Virus record (IMG/VR): IMGVR_UViG_3300026549_000073
Strand: one strand, 5' to 3'
From: an uncultured virus (IMG/VR IMGVR_UViG_3300026549_000073)
Taxonomy: Duplodnaviria > Heunggongvirae > Uroviricota > Caudoviricetes > Schitoviridae
DNA length: 64,000 nucleotides
In this document: positions 29,187 through 38,155 of the stretch, piece by piece
Layout of the letters: every line of letters starts with the position of its first letter
How positions within the stretch are numbered: position 1 is the stretch's first letter
The notes under the pieces: generated by a model
The model's input: the letters and a program-made list of their open reading frames with translations, nothing else
Told to the model about the DNA's origin: nothing
Databases searched by the model: none
Translations under genes and position numbers: made by a program

Positions 29187-29450
29187 ATGCTAAATGTAAT
29201 TAAGTGGTTTAGTACTAAGACTGAACCAAACAAAGAAAGTAAAGATAAAGTAGGTATTAGAAAGTTTCTATCTAATCCTAACAAACCAATTAACATTACT
29301 CTAGAAAGTAAAAATGAGGTTTGTTCTATTGGTTCACATGAGAAGAGACTTATCTTAAAAGCTATTTTAGATATTTATAAGATTAAGGCAGAATTAAAAC
29401 CTCCTAAGGTTAAAAAAACTAAGATTAAGGATATTGAAAATGCTAAATAA
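29187..29450 (+). CDS. Hypothetical basic protein
   Basis: AAGGAG SD. Confidence 0.6.
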   Translation: MLNVIKWFSTKTEPNKESKDKVGIRKFLSNPNKPINITLESKNEVCSIGSHEKRLILKAILDIYKIKAELKPPKVKKTKIKDIENAK

Positions 29451-30714
29451 AGACCAACAGGCAGTAGCTAATGATTTTTATAGTTTTTTACTATCAGATG
29501 AAAAAGAGTTTTTAATTGATGCTAGTGCAGGATATGGTAAATCATACCTTATTAAGTATTTAGCTACTGATGGTATTAATACCTATAATAAAGGAGCTTC
29601 TGCTATTGGTTCTAAAACATTTGAGGTAGCTCTTACAGCTACTACAAATAAAGCAGCAGAAGCTCTAGAGGTAGCTACAAATTTACCTACTAAAACTATC
29701 CATAATCTATTAGGTTTAATTGTTAAACCTAATTTTAGTACTGGAGAAGAAGAGTTAAAGGCATCAGGTAAAACTCAAATAATTAAAAGAACAGTTATCT
29801 TTATTGATGAATGTTCAATGGTTGATAATCAGTTATTTGATTTTATCCATAAATTAACTCATGAATGTAAATTAGTTTATGTAGGAGATAAGTATCAACT
29901 TACTCCTGTAAAAAGTGGCTTATCTCCTGTCTATAAAAATAACTTAGTAGAACATACTCTTACTATTCCTATGAGAAATGCTAATCATAAGGAATTAGTA
30001 GATTTATGTACTCAATTAAAGAAAACTGTAGAAACAGGAGTATTTAACCCTATTAAGCTGGTTCCGGGTATCATAGATTTATATGATAAAGACCAGATGG
30101 CTAAAGCTTATCAAAAAGAGTTTGTAGTTAATAATGGACAAGACGCTAGAAGTCTTACTTATACAAATAAAATGTCTGTTATATACAACAACTATATTAA
30201 ATCTATTAGAGGACAGACTGAGGTATTTAATGATGGTGACTTTTGTATTAGTAATTCTGTGTGTTGTCTTGGTAATAAAACACTACATGCGGAAGATGAA
30301 ATCTGTATTAAAAAAGTTATTAAAAGACATGTTCAGCGACAATTAGCTGAAGGTTTTCAACCTGTAGAACTATCCTTATGTGAAATAGAGTGGCATGGTC
30401 AGTTAATTGAGACTGCTATTCCTGAGAGTTATCACCAAGTTAAAAACCTTCTTAAAGCTTTAGCTAAAGCTAAAAAATGGTATCAATACTTTGCTATTAA
30501 AGAAGGTTTCTTAGATTTACGTCCTAGAGATAGTTGTACTATTCATAAAGCTCAAGGAAGTACCTTAGACACTGTATTTATAGATGCTAAGGATTTAAGC
30601 ACCTGTACAGTATCAAGTACCACTGCAAGATTATTATATGTTGCAGTCTCTAGAGCTAAATCTCATGTAATATTTTATGGAGATTTAAAAAGTAAATATG
30701 GAAAATTCATATGA
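29434..30714 (+). CDS. Dda/RecD-like SF1 DNA helicase
   Basis: ASAGYGKS, TATTNKAA, IDECSM, VGDKYQL, TIHKAQGST, YVAVSRA. Confidence 0.92.
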   Translation: MKMLNKDQQAVANDFYSFLLSDEKEFLIDASAGYGKSYLIKYLATDGINTYNKGASAIGSKTFEVALTATTNKAAEALEVATNLPTKTIHNLLGLIVKPNFSTGEEELKASGKTQIIKRTVIFIDECSMVDNQLFDFIHKLTHECKLVYVGDKYQLTPVKSGLSPVYKNNLVEHTLTIPMRNANHKELVDLCTQLKKTVETGVFNPIKLVPGIIDLYDKDQMAKAYQKEFVVNNGQDARSLTYTNKMSVIYNNYIKSIRGQTEVFNDGDFCISNSVCCLGNKTLHAEDEICIKKVIKRHVQRQLAEGFQPVELSLCEIEWHGQLIETAIPESYHQVKNLLKALAKAKKWYQYFAIKEGFLDLRPRDSCTIHKAQGSTLDTVFIDAKDLSTCTVSSTTARLLYVAVSRAKSHVIFYGDLKSKYGKFI

Positions 30715-31246
30715 AATACCATTTGCAGTATTAAGCCGTATATCTTATAAGTTATATAGCTTAAGTGCCCAAATAGCTGATGCTAGTGTATTTAATGCTC
30801 TAGATAAAAATCTAAAAAGTTTAAATGAACTATGTCTTAAGATAGGCTCTAATACCATTTTTTATAAAGGAAATATTTATGCAGGTAGTGTACCTTCATT
30901 AGATTGTAATAATCTTATTTTAGAACCAAAAGATGAAGATACTCTAGAAGAGATTATTAGTATAAATAAAGGCATAGAGAAGGATAAAGACTTTTTCTTT
31001 AGAGTATTAGCTAGCTATTGTGACGATATACATATATCTGAATGTATTACTGAATGTGTTAAGAGAATACCTAGAAAGTGTAGTGATATTGATATATTAC
31101 GTAACATATTCCCTGAATATTGCTATACAGTATTGCATGATTATTTTCTACAAGAACATAATTATCGCTGTATAGAACCAGTAATAAAATTACCTAAAGA
31201 GTTTAAAGATAAATTCATGTACTATGTAGGAATAAGTTTATTATGA
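30698..31246 (+). CDS. Hypothetical protein (position of N4 gp38)
   Basis: Follows the helicase, overlapping starts and stops. Confidence 0.6.
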   Translation: MENSYEIPFAVLSRISYKLYSLSAQIADASVFNALDKNLKSLNELCLKIGSNTIFYKGNIYAGSVPSLDCNNLILEPKDEDTLEEIISINKGIEKDKDFFFRVLASYCDDIHISECITECVKRIPRKCSDIDILRNIFPEYCYTVLHDYFLQEHNYRCIEPVIKLPKEFKDKFMYYVGISLL

Positions 31247-32145
31247 AATATTGTAGATGCAGTATCTATGATGAAGATGTCATTAAAAAGAACATTACAT
31301 TTCCATGCTATACACAGCTTAAATGTGATGGTTCCTATAGAGAAGCTGTAGTATCAAACGGTACAGTTAAATTCTATAGTAGAGCAGGTAAGGAATACTC
31401 TAATCCTGTATTAGAGAAAGAGTTACTTGAACTAGGTGATGGCATCTATATGGGTGAATGGACCATAGGTCCTGCAGATAATCCTAAAGAGAATAGATTT
31501 AAAGGTAATGGTGAATTAAATAGTAAGAATCCTCCTTATGAAGACATTTACTTTACTGTATGGGATTATATTGATAACCCTAAATTTGTTCAAGCTAGAT
31601 ATAAAGCTAGATGGGAAGCTCTTAAAACCTTGGTTCATTGTGAAGAGCCAAAGCATATTAAATTAGTTCCTACTTATTACTGTAAAGGTCTTGCTGCTTG
31701 TAAACAAGTAGCTCATATGTTTATGGCTAAAGGCTTAGAAGGAGCTATTATTAAAGACTTTAATTATATGTTCTTTAATGGTACTTCTAAATTACAGTAT
31801 AAAGTAAAACTATGTTTAGATGCTGATATGCGCATTACTGGTTTTACAGAAGGAACAGGTAAAAGAAAACAATACATAGGTGCTATTGAATTTGCTAACG
31901 ATGAAAAGACTATCATAGGTCAATGTTCAGGTTTTACTGACAATCAGATGATAGAGTTTTCTAAGGAACCAAGTAAATATATAGGTAAGGTAATTACAGT
32001 AGAATTTAATGATATAATTAAATCTCCTGATAAGCCTACATTTACTTTAAATCATCCTAGATTTGTATCTATTAGGGATGATAAAACAGACACAGATACT
32101 TTAGAAAGAGTCTTTGCTATTAAGCATATGACTCTATACAAGTAA
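31243..32145 (+). CDS. ATP-dependent DNA ligase
   Basis: QLKCDG (KxDG), YSRAG, MGE, VWD, EGAIIK, KVK, HPRF..IRDDK. Confidence 0.88.
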   Translation: MKYCRCSIYDEDVIKKNITFPCYTQLKCDGSYREAVVSNGTVKFYSRAGKEYSNPVLEKELLELGDGIYMGEWTIGPADNPKENRFKGNGELNSKNPPYEDIYFTVWDYIDNPKFVQARYKARWEALKTLVHCEEPKHIKLVPTYYCKGLAACKQVAHMFMAKGLEGAIIKDFNYMFFNGTSKLQYKVKLCLDADMRITGFTEGTGKRKQYIGAIEFANDEKTIIGQCSGFTDNQMIEFSKEPSKYIGKVITVEFNDIIKSPDKPTFTLNHPRFVSIRDDKTDTDTLERVFAIKHMTLYK

Positions 32146-32222
32146 GGACCATTAGCTTAGTTGGTTAAAGCAATCGGCTCATAACCGATGAATCGTAGGT
32201 TCGAGCCCTACATGGTTCACCA
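32146..32222 (+). tRNA. tRNA with CAT anticodon, probably tRNA-Ile2 (alternatively elongator Met)
   Basis: GGACCAT/ATGGTTC acceptor stem, ATCGG-CTCATAA-CCGAT anticodon arm, GGTTCGAG T-loop, encoded CCA. Confidence 0.9.
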
Positions 32223-32228
32223 TCTTTT

Positions 32229-32303
32229 ATGGGTATCGTATAAAGGTTATTACACTTGGCTTTGACCCAAGTAATATAGGTTCAATTCCTATTACCCATG
32301 CCA
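32229..32303 (+). tRNA. tRNA-Gln(TTG)
   Basis: ATGGGTA/TACCCAT acceptor, CTTGG-CTTTGAC-CCAAG, GGTTCAATTCC, G discriminator, CCA. Confidence 0.85.
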
Positions 32304-32314
32304 TAGGTATTATT

Positions 32315-33001
32315 ATGAATATATTTAAAGAATTTCATTATAGAGAAGTAACTGAGACTTTAAGAGAAATCTTAGACGGACCTTATAAAGGATATACTTT
32401 ATCTCATAAAGGTGCCTTATATAATAAAAACAAGGTGATTGTACCCCTTAACTCAACTAGGAGTCATCCTACCAGACATTTTACACAAGAAGGCTATACT
32501 ATTACTTTATGGCGTTTAATGTGCTATATCTGGTTAGATGATTTAACTGACTTTGAAGCAGATACCACAGAACAAGAGTATATCTATAATTATCAATTAA
32601 CTAAAAAGTTTTGGACTAAATATGCTTATTTAATCCCTAATGTATATAGAAATACTGAATCTTTTTATATTCCTTTACCTAGACTTATGGGATTTAACCT
32701 TAAGACAGGTAAAATAACAAGAATGAAAAGTAAAAATAGGTCAGTATTTAATTTAGGAGATTTAAGCCTTCCTACTATTGTTGCTGACTTTAAAGCTTTA
32801 ATTAATAATAAAAGTATTGAAGAGCATAAGGATAATATAGTTAAGATTGAAAATGTAGTAGAATTAGCTACTAGATATAAAAATCTATCTGCAGAAAATA
32901 AAGATTTATTAGAACAGATAGCTTATTTAACTACTAAACAAAATAATTTAACCCAAGAATTAACTGAAATTAAAGAAAAGCTGGCTTCAATACTTAAATG
33001 A
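32315..33001 (+). CDS. Hypothetical protein with C-terminal coiled coil
   Basis: 228-aa ORF with a heptad-rich C-terminus. Confidence 0.65.
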   Translation: MNIFKEFHYREVTETLREILDGPYKGYTLSHKGALYNKNKVIVPLNSTRSHPTRHFTQEGYTITLWRLMCYIWLDDLTDFEADTTEQEYIYNYQLTKKFWTKYAYLIPNVYRNTESFYIPLPRLMGFNLKTGKITRMKSKNRSVFNLGDLSLPTIVADFKALINNKSIEEHKDNIVKIENVVELATRYKNLSAENKDLLEQIAYLTTKQNNLTQELTEIKEKLASILK

Positions 33002-33486
33002 TAAAACAACTTACCTCTACTGAAATTAAACCTATCAAAGAACAGATACTGCACAGACAGGGTAATAAGTGTGCTATATGTGGTAAAACTATTACCTTAG
33101 AAGAAGCAGTATTAGACCATCAACATAAGAACAAAAAATCCGATGCCAATATCATTAATGGTAATGGTTTGGTTCGTGGAGTTCTTTGTAGAGAATGTAA
33201 TTTAGTAGAGGGTAAGATATGGAATAATCTTAAAAGATTTAAACAGTTTACTACTACAGAAGAAAGACTAATATGGCTTATCCAATTATCCCAATATTAT
33301 AAATACCCTAAGTATCCTTATATACATCCTACAGAAAAACTAAAGGAACCAATAGTTTCAAAGAGACAGTTTAATAAACTATGTAAACTATCAGGTAAAC
33401 AATTAGTTTATCCTAAATCTAAGAAACTAACTAAACCTTTAGAAAAACTATTTAATAAATACAATATAAACCCTTATAATAGTTAA
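32998..33486 (+). CDS. Endonuclease VII-like nuclease
   Basis: QGNKCAICG, VLDHQH, VRGVLCRECN, YIHP. Confidence 0.85.
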   Translation: MIKQLTSTEIKPIKEQILHRQGNKCAICGKTITLEEAVLDHQHKNKKSDANIINGNGLVRGVLCRECNLVEGKIWNNLKRFKQFTTTEERLIWLIQLSQYYKYPKYPYIHPTEKLKEPIVSKRQFNKLCKLSGKQLVYPKSKKLTKPLEKLFNKYNINPYNS

Positions 33487-33504
33487 AAACTATGAGAGGT
33501 GTAT

Positions 33505-33669
33505 ATGTTTTGTAGGTGTTATATATGTATGAGTACAGGAGATGTGTATAGAGTAGATAATTCTACAAAACCATATAGACTGTATAAATACTGCTTAGAT
33601 TTGCATGAGTGGGTAAGATTAAAAGGTCTTCCTGCTAAACAAATTCTGCAACAACTTAATATATTTTAA
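33505..33669 (+). CDS. Hypothetical protein, 54 aa
   Basis: GAGGT SD, MFCRCYICMSTGDVYR..., terminator at 33672-33697. Confidence 0.5.
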   Translation: MFCRCYICMSTGDVYRVDNSTKPYRLYKYCLDLHEWVRLKGLPAKQILQQLNIF

Positions 33670-33709
33670 ATAAAACCCTCCATTGTGAGGGTTTTTTATT
33701 GGAGTATAT

Positions 33710-34294
33710 ATGTACTGCCTAGAGAAGAAATTAAAAAGATATAACTATAAAGACCAAATAGATGCTTGGATAAATAATCATTATTTTCGTGTTAGTTCTC
33801 TTAAAGAATTTGCAGAGAATAGTATCTTCTGGTTTAAAGACAGTAATGCCTTTAATAATGGACTTATTCATTTTAATGGATATGAAGCTTGGTATTTAAT
33901 GGCAGATTCAAATCAAGGATTAGATTTTTTAAACTTTGTTAAAAAATATTTTAGGTCACCTCAAGAAGACCATGACTTTTATTTTAAAAGAACAGAAACT
34001 CTTATAAATTTTTTATGCACTAAAGCACATGATAATGTAAGATTTTCTGCAGGTATTTATTTGTACACTAATGCTACTATATTTAACACTATTTGCAATT
34101 TACAGAACCAAGCAACTAAGCTATATCAGTATTTTATTAATAGGGCTACTAGTAATGATTTAAGATGGTTAATGTATGCTTTATTTTTATATGAAACTTA
34201 CTTTAGATTAAATAAAGGAGAGAAAAAAATATATAATGAAAACCCCTTAAACTTTTATAAATATGCTGAAGGAAAGTTATCAATATTACAATGA
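33710..34294 (+). CDS. Hypothetical protein
   Basis: GGAG SD; ATGA overlap with the DNA polymerase gene. Confidence 0.65.
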   Translation: MYCLEKKLKRYNYKDQIDAWINNHYFRVSSLKEFAENSIFWFKDSNAFNNGLIHFNGYEAWYLMADSNQGLDFLNFVKKYFRSPQEDHDFYFKRTETLINFLCTKAHDNVRFSAGIYLYTNATIFNTICNLQNQATKLYQYFINRATSNDLRWLMYALFLYETYFRLNKGEKKIYNENPLNFYKYAEGKLSILQ

Positions 34295-35877
34295 ACATTC
34301 TATTAGTATTAAACTCTAAAATAACCTCTACAGAAATAAACACTTATTACTCTTTTCCTAATCATACAGTAACAGTTCTTAAAACACCTCCTTTAAATGG
34401 TAAGAAAAAGCTTAGTAGCACTGCTATTAAGCAACATTTTAGTTCTGTAGTCTATCCTTATATAGAATCTAAAAATATTAACTATTTAGGAATATGTGAT
34501 GCTGAGTATTTTAAAGTTATACATAAGACTACTAAGCCTGATACTTGTATCGGCTATGTATTTGATAGGATTAACTATAAGTATTTTTATCTACCTTCCT
34601 GTAAGAGCATTTTTTATCATCCAGAAGAAACTAAAGATAAGATTGCTAGAAGCATAGCAGCTGTTATCAATGATATAAATAATTGCTATACAGAACCGGG
34701 AACCAACATTATTAAATATGAAGAGTATCCAGATACTCCTATTAAGATTAAAAACAGTTTAAATAAGCTATTATCTTATCCTGCTCTTACATGTGATATT
34801 GAAACTTATTCATTAAGACATACAGAAGCAGGTCTTGGTTCTATTTGTTTTTGTTGGAATGAACATGAAGGCATAGCCTTTAAAATAGATACTAATCAAT
34901 TAACTAAGAACCAAGATGTAAGATTAGTATTAAAGGAGTTCTTTGATAATTATAAAGGTACTTTAATATTTCATAATATAGCTTTTGATGTAACTGTTTT
35001 AATCTATCAGCTATACATGAAAGATGTATTAGATACTGAAGGATTATTAAAAGGATTAGATACTTTATTAAAGAATTGGGAAGATACTAAGTTAATTACT
35101 TATTTATGTACCAATTCTTGTTCTGGTAACAACCTATCACTTAAGTATCAAGCACAAGAGTTTGCAGGTAACTGGGCTCAAGAAGAGATTGATAATATTG
35201 AAAAAATCTCTAAAGAACAGTTATTAAGATATAACTTAATAGATGGTTTATCTACTTGGTTCGTTTATAACAAATATAAAGATAAACTAATACAAGATAA
35301 ACAAGATAAGCTATATAACACTATCTTTAAAGGTACTACTAAGGACATCATACAAATGCAATTAACTGGTATTCCTTTAAATATGGATAAAGTATTAGAG
35401 GCTGAGAAAGTATTAACTGCTGATAAACAGAAAGCAGTTAATGTTTTATTACAAAACCAATACATTAAGTTATATACCAAACAACTTAAAGATGCTTGGG
35501 CAGATGAGTATAACAGTACTCATGTAAAGAAACAGGTAACAGCAGATGATAGTCCTATAGAGTTTAACCCTAATTCAGGTAAACAAATTAAAGAACTATT
35601 ATATGAAGTTATTAAGTTACCTGTTATTAATCTAACAGAAAGTAAACAACCTTCTACTGATGGCGATACTCTTAAAGCTTTAATTAATCATACTGAGAAC
35701 CAAGCAGTTAAAGATATATTACAAGCTTTAATAGATTATTCAGCAGCTGAGAAGATACTTACTGCCTTCATTCCTGCATTTAAAAAAGCATATAAAGCTA
35801 AAGACGGTAGGTCTTATTTATATGGTTCTTTTAATTTAGGAGGTACTGTATCAGGTAGATTAAGCAGTAGTAAACCT
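34291..35877 (+). CDS. Family A DNA polymerase, N-terminal gene, exon 1
   Basis: CDIETY, HNIAFD and YNLID exonuclease motifs; FNPNSGKQ; GTVSGRLSSSKP. Confidence 0.93.
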
Positions 35878-36142
35878 TAACAATAGGGCTTTAATATAGA
35901 AATATATTATCGAAACTACCTTAAACATGGAAAATCCTATAAAGGATAACCAAGTGCTAAATATTAAGATATTCTTAATTAAAAGCTAAACGACTAGGCA
36001 TATGCCGTACACTTAAGTAAGTGGAAATGGGTAGTATCTTACCAAGTAAAGTTGAAGATATTGATATAGTCTGCTCTTACAGGTAACTGTAAGCTGTGTT
36101 AACTCACGGGGATAGATTAACGACCTATTCTGAACACCAAGG
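35878..36142 (+). mobile_element. ORF-less group I intron 1 in DNA polymerase (265 nt)
   Basis: P1 AAACCU/AGGGCUUU, AACGACTA and GATATAGTCT core, terminal G; splicing gives SSKP-NMQQIP. Confidence 0.9.
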
Positions 36143-36248
36143 AATATGCAGCAGATACCTGCTACAGGTTCTAAGTATGCTAAACTAATTAAAGGATGTT
36201 TCCAAGCTCCTAAAGGTTGGTTATGGGTTGGTCTAGACTATGCTAGCT
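36143..36248 (+). CDS. DNA polymerase exon 2 (106 nt; start of motif A)
   Basis: NMQQIPATGSKYAKLIKGCFQAPKGWLWVGLDYAS; absent from the ORF track. Confidence 0.9.
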
Positions 36249-36501
36249 TAAATAATAGGCGAGCTAAATAGAAATATTTAGTGTTAAATTCATTGAAAAC
36301 GGTAAAACTCTAGAACAGACAATACCGTGCTAAGACTTGTATATACAAGTAAAGTGTAACGACTATTCCGAAGGGAAGTACACTCAAGTGAGTGGAAGTG
36401 GTGAACATCCAAAAGGATGAAGAGATAGTCTGCTCTGTATAGGGATATACAGCTGGATTAATTATCCGAGATAGGATTAACGACCCTATCTGAACATTTG
36501 G
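36249..36501 (+). mobile_element. ORF-less group I intron 2 in DNA polymerase (253 nt)
   Basis: P1 GCUAGCU/GGCGAGC with U-G at the splice site, AACGACTA and GAGATAGTCT core, terminal G; splicing gives DYAS-LEDHISAL. Confidence 0.88.
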
Positions 36502-36767
36502 TAGAAGACCATATCTCAGCATTAGTTACCAAAGACCCTAACAAGCTAAAGGTATATACCGATGAATATGATGGTCACTGTCTAAGAGCTTATTCTTACT
36601 GGACTTCTCTAATGCCTGATATTACAGCTAAATTAGATGAAATACATAAAAAAGGTAAGGTATATAAAGTAACTTATGACGATGGTTCTATTGAATATCT
36701 AAATGAAAACAATCCTAAATTAATTAAATTAAAGGAGAGCTCAAATGAAGGTAACTCAAGTAATTAA
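36502..36767 (+). CDS. DNA polymerase exon 3 (end of the N-terminal polypeptide; spliced product 652 aa)
   Basis: LEDHISALVTKDPNKLKVY..YDGHCLRAYSYW..MPDI, then a tail and stop. Confidence 0.85.
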
Positions 36768-37191
36768 AGAAGCTATTACAACTCGTGTTATGGCTAAATG
36801 TGAAGAGGCTAATAAAGACTATAGGTTAGCTTTAGATGAAGAAGAAAAGAGATTAAATAATGAGAGCAAACAGTGTCATGATGCCTTAAGAGAAGAATAT
36901 CATAAGGCTTTTATAGCTATGCTAAAGAAATTAGACGATAAGAAGATTGCTTATAATTATATTACCTATTCAGGCAATAAAATCATGGATAAAGAAGGTC
37001 TATGGGAAAAGAATATACCTTCTATTTGCATTTGCTTTAATTTAACTTCTGATTATGCTGAAGATTTAAGGTATAAAATTCAAGAGAACCAAGATAAAGC
37101 AAAGAAATTTATCAATGATATTATTCTAGAATTAGAGTTAGGAGCTACTAAGCCTACTCTAGAGTCTTTATTAAATAACATTACATTCTAA
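36745..37191 (+). CDS. Hypothetical protein nested between the polymerase halves
   Basis: AAGGAG SD, 148 aa, helical, no polymerase motifs. Confidence 0.75.
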   Translation: MKVTQVIKEAITTRVMAKCEEANKDYRLALDEEEKRLNNESKQCHDALREEYHKAFIAMLKKLDDKKIAYNYITYSGNKIMDKEGLWEKNIPSICICFNLTSDYAEDLRYKIQENQDKAKKFINDIILELELGATKPTLESLLNNITF

Positions 37192-37271
37192 TGAAAATAG
37201 AAGAAATATCTAAAACCAAGGCAGAAGTTGAGGTTATTAATAGTATTAAGCAATCTCATAACAATAACTAG
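37191..37271 (+). pseudogene. Orphan 26-codon start of the polymerase C-terminal gene
   Basis: MKIEEISKTKAEVEVINSIKQSH aligns with EIKEIDKTTAEVEIINSIKDTH at 38171-38236; TAATG coupling. Confidence 0.7.
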
Positions 37272-37326
37272 ATTTTATTAACAAAAGTAGGTATACTTTG
37301 TCTAATAATTAGTTAAGGAGAGTATT

Positions 37327-38151
37327 ATGGCAAAACCTACTAAATATTCTGAAAAAGATTTGTTAATTAAATTACAAGAAGTTATTCAAGGAAAATCCTT
37401 TACTTTAGTTGCTAAAGAATTAAATTATGGTGTGTCTTTTACATCCACTAAATTAAAAAATTTAGCAACTAAATATAATTTACTAGATAAATTAAATACA
37501 AGCTTACAAAAACAAAAATTAAATCGTATTAATAAAACAACTTTCTCTAATGAATCAAGTAATTATATTAAAAGTATTCAAAATATTCCTTGTGTTTGGA
37601 AAGCCTGGAATGGGTATGAAATATCTTCTTCTGGTTTAGTAAAAAGAAAAGGTAATTATTTAAAATATTCTTTTAAGCATTCTAAATTTACTACATATGC
37701 TAGAGTAACTATTTATTTAAATGGTAAAAGAAAATATTATTCAGTGCACCGTCTAATTTTAGAAGTTTTTAATCCTTGTTCTAATATGGAAAATCTTCAA
37801 GCAGATCATATTGATAGAAATGGATTAAATAATAATATTAATAATTTAAGATGGTGTACTGGTTCGGAAAATATTAAATATTCTTTTATTAATAATACTA
37901 CTGTAAAGAAAGGCATATGTAGTACAGGAGGACAAGTAACTGGAAATATATTAAGAAATAAAGCAATTTTAAAATACTCTAATTTATTATTAGATAGATT
38001 TATTTCTTATAATAAAAATGGAACTATAACATATAAATGTAAAAAATGTTTAGCAACTTATACTGAATCTAATACTTCAAGAGCTTTTAGATTTGGTAAT
38101 GATGGAATTTGTACTAATTGTAGGAAAATTTATGTCACTAAAGGAGAATAA
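37327..38151 (+). CDS. Free-standing HNH homing endonuclease with C-terminal CxxC...CxxC
   Basis: YEISSSG, SVHRLILEVF, DHIDRNGLNNNINNLRW, CKKC...CTNC; AAGGAG SD; no intron core seen around it. Confidence 0.88.
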   Translation: MAKPTKYSEKDLLIKLQEVIQGKSFTLVAKELNYGVSFTSTKLKNLATKYNLLDKLNTSLQKQKLNRINKTTFSNESSNYIKSIQNIPCVWKAWNGYEISSSGLVKRKGNYLKYSFKHSKFTTYARVTIYLNGKRKYYSVHRLILEVFNPCSNMENLQADHIDRNGLNNNINNLRWCTGSENIKYSFINNTTVKKGICSTGGQVTGNILRNKAILKYSNLLLDRFISYNKNGTITYKCKKCLATYTESNTSRAFRFGNDGICTNCRKIYVTKGE

Positions 38152-38155
38152 CCTT

